Assembly: GCA_964352815.1 (NCBI GenBank)
Contig: CAYGTO010000009.1
Location: forward strand, 5,012-69,011
Source: an uncultured Azospirillaceae bacterium
GTDB lineage: Bacteria; Pseudomonadota; Alphaproteobacteria; Rickettsiales; UBA3002
Length of the DNA stretch: 64,000 nucleotides
Direction of reading: 5' to 3'
In this document: one piece after another, positions 62,720-64,000 of the stretch
Layout of the letters: the number at the start of each line of letters is the position of its first letter
Numbering within the stretch: position 1 is the stretch's first letter
The notes under the pieces: generated by a model
Told to the model about the DNA's origin: nothing
The model's input: only the letters and a program-made list of their open reading frames with translations
Databases searched by the model: none
Program-made: the position numbers and the translations under genes

Positions 62720-64000
62720 TGGCGTATCGTTCGAGCATTGACCATAAGCAACGTTTTGGCCGCCGTGCCATATTGTTTGGTTCCGTACAGATGGTTGGTA
62801 TGTCTGTGCTTGCGGCGCGTCTCTATCAGCTTCAGTTTCTAAAAGCGGAAGAATACCGTACGCAAGCCGAAGGAAACCGTATCAAACTTCAGATCATTGC
62901 TCCGCCGCGTGGCCAATTACTCGATGTGAAGGGCGTGCCGCTGGCAGATAACCAGGTTAATTACCGGCTGTTGCTTGACCGGGATAATATTAAACAGGCT
63001 AGAGAGTCGCTCGATTATGCAGCAAGTGTACTTAATTTAAGCGAGGAGATGGTTGCGCGGATTAAACATGAGATTGGTAATCGCCCGCTTCCGACGCCGG
63101 TATTGGTTAAGCAGTATCTGAGTTGGGATGAAGTTTCGAAGATTCAATTCCACGCCCCTCATCTGACGGGTATGCAGGTCGAAGAAGGCCAGGTGCGCCA
63201 TTATCCTCTCGGTGAATTAGCGGCACATGTGATTGGCTATGTGGGCCGCGTCACGGAATCGGAAATGGAAAAAGACAAACCCGTTATGCGCTTGCCCGAA
63301 TTTAAGATTGGTAAGGATGGGTGCGAAGTAAAGTATGATCTTGATTTGCGTGGTAAAGAAGGCAGTCGCCAGGTCGAAGTGGATGCTTCTGGACGAGTGA
63401 TTCGCCAGCTGAGCCTCGACACGCCGTTAGCAGGAACGGATTTTCAGCTCACCCTTGACATGCGTCTTCAGACTTTTGCGTCTGAACGTCTCCGCGGCGA
63501 GAGTGGGGCGATCATTGTGATGGAGGTGCCGAGCGGGGCGATGAAATGTTTGGTGTCGATGCCAGCTTACGATCCGAATGAGTTCAGTAAGGGCATCACC
63601 CATGCCTATTGGAATGCGCTGCGTGCGAATAAGAAAAACCCGCTGTTGAATAAGGCGTTGGCGGGACAATACCCCCCGGGTTCGACCTTTAAAATGTTAA
63701 CTGGGCTTGCCGCATTGCATAGCGGGAAAGCGAATCCATACGAAACCGTCTATTGTCCAGGACATTTCTATTTGGGGAGCCGCGCGCGTTGGAATTGTTG
63801 GCGTCCCGAGGGCCATGGTAGCATGAATTTATTCGATGCGGTGGCGCAATCCTGTGACACTTATTTCTATACGATGGCGCACCGGATCGGCATGGAGAAG
63901 ATTGCAGAGATGTGCCATATGTTTGGGTTAGGTGAGAGGTTGGGGCCAGATTTACCGAACGAAAAAACGGGTATTGTGCCGACCTCGGAATGGAAAAAGA
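62719..64000 (+). CDS. mrdA: Penicillin-binding protein 2 (N-terminal part, runs off the window)
   Basis: ATG 62719 overlaps the mreD stop (TGATG); reads MAYRSSIDHKQRFGRRA...RLYQLQ...PPRG...R.YP...HVIGYV...YPPGSTFK; missing from the ORF track because no stop occurs in the window. Confidence 0.92.
   Translation, partial: MAYRSSIDHKQRFGRRAILFGSVQMVGMSVLAARLYQLQFLKAEEYRTQAEGNRIKLQIIAPPRGQLLDVKGVPLADNQVNYRLLLDRDNIKQARESLDYAASVLNLSEEMVARIKHEIGNRPLPTPVLVKQYLSWDEVSKIQFHAPHLTGMQVEEGQVRHYPLGELAAHVIGYVGRVTESEMEKDKPVMRLPEFKIGKDGCEVKYDLDLRGKEGSRQVEVDASGRVIRQLSLDTPLAGTDFQLTLDMRLQTFASERLRGESGAIIVMEVPSGAMKCLVSMPAYDPNEFSKGITHAYWNALRANKKNPLLNKALAGQYPPGSTFKMLTGLAALHSGKANPYETVYCPGHFYLGSRARWNCWRPEGHGSMNLFDAVAQSCDTYFYTMAHRIGMEKIAEMCHMFGLGERLGPDLPNEKTGIVPTSEWKK

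Overview
Core chromosomal region of an alphaproteobacterium, most likely spanning the replication origin. The order rho-hemJ-hemE | DUF299-aroE-coaE-dnaQ flanks an AT-rich gap at about 21.4-21.8 kb, and the dominant gene orientation switches from minus to plus there. The window holds a two-component system coupled to a furan/unsaturated-fatty-acid-type lipid modification cluster, icd, mdh-sucCDAB-lpdA, secB/Tim44/mltA/Smr, a phasin, proC, hldD-lgt-midA-pgeF, ilvE, pgsA-uvrC, prs-rplY-pth, thyX, mrp, hflKC-degP, serB/miaA, ilvBNC, leuA and mreBCD-mrdA (truncated at the edge). I recognised no tRNA, rRNA, CRISPR array or transposase. Three signals stand out. (1) Three unrelated orphan genes sit singly among core genes, each preceded by the same Pho-box-like 11-bp-periodic TGTCAT repeat; in two cases a -10-like hexamer follows exactly 10 bp downstream. 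This is a candidate dispersed regulon of membrane or effector-like orphans. (2) Several families of REP/RPE-like palindromic repeats are present, two of them inserted in frame inside pgeF and miaA. (3) A roughly 70-nt structured element is shared by the 5' leaders of ilvE and ilvB and also occurs as an inverted doublet after icd. All calls come from reading the sequence and translations; no database searches were run.
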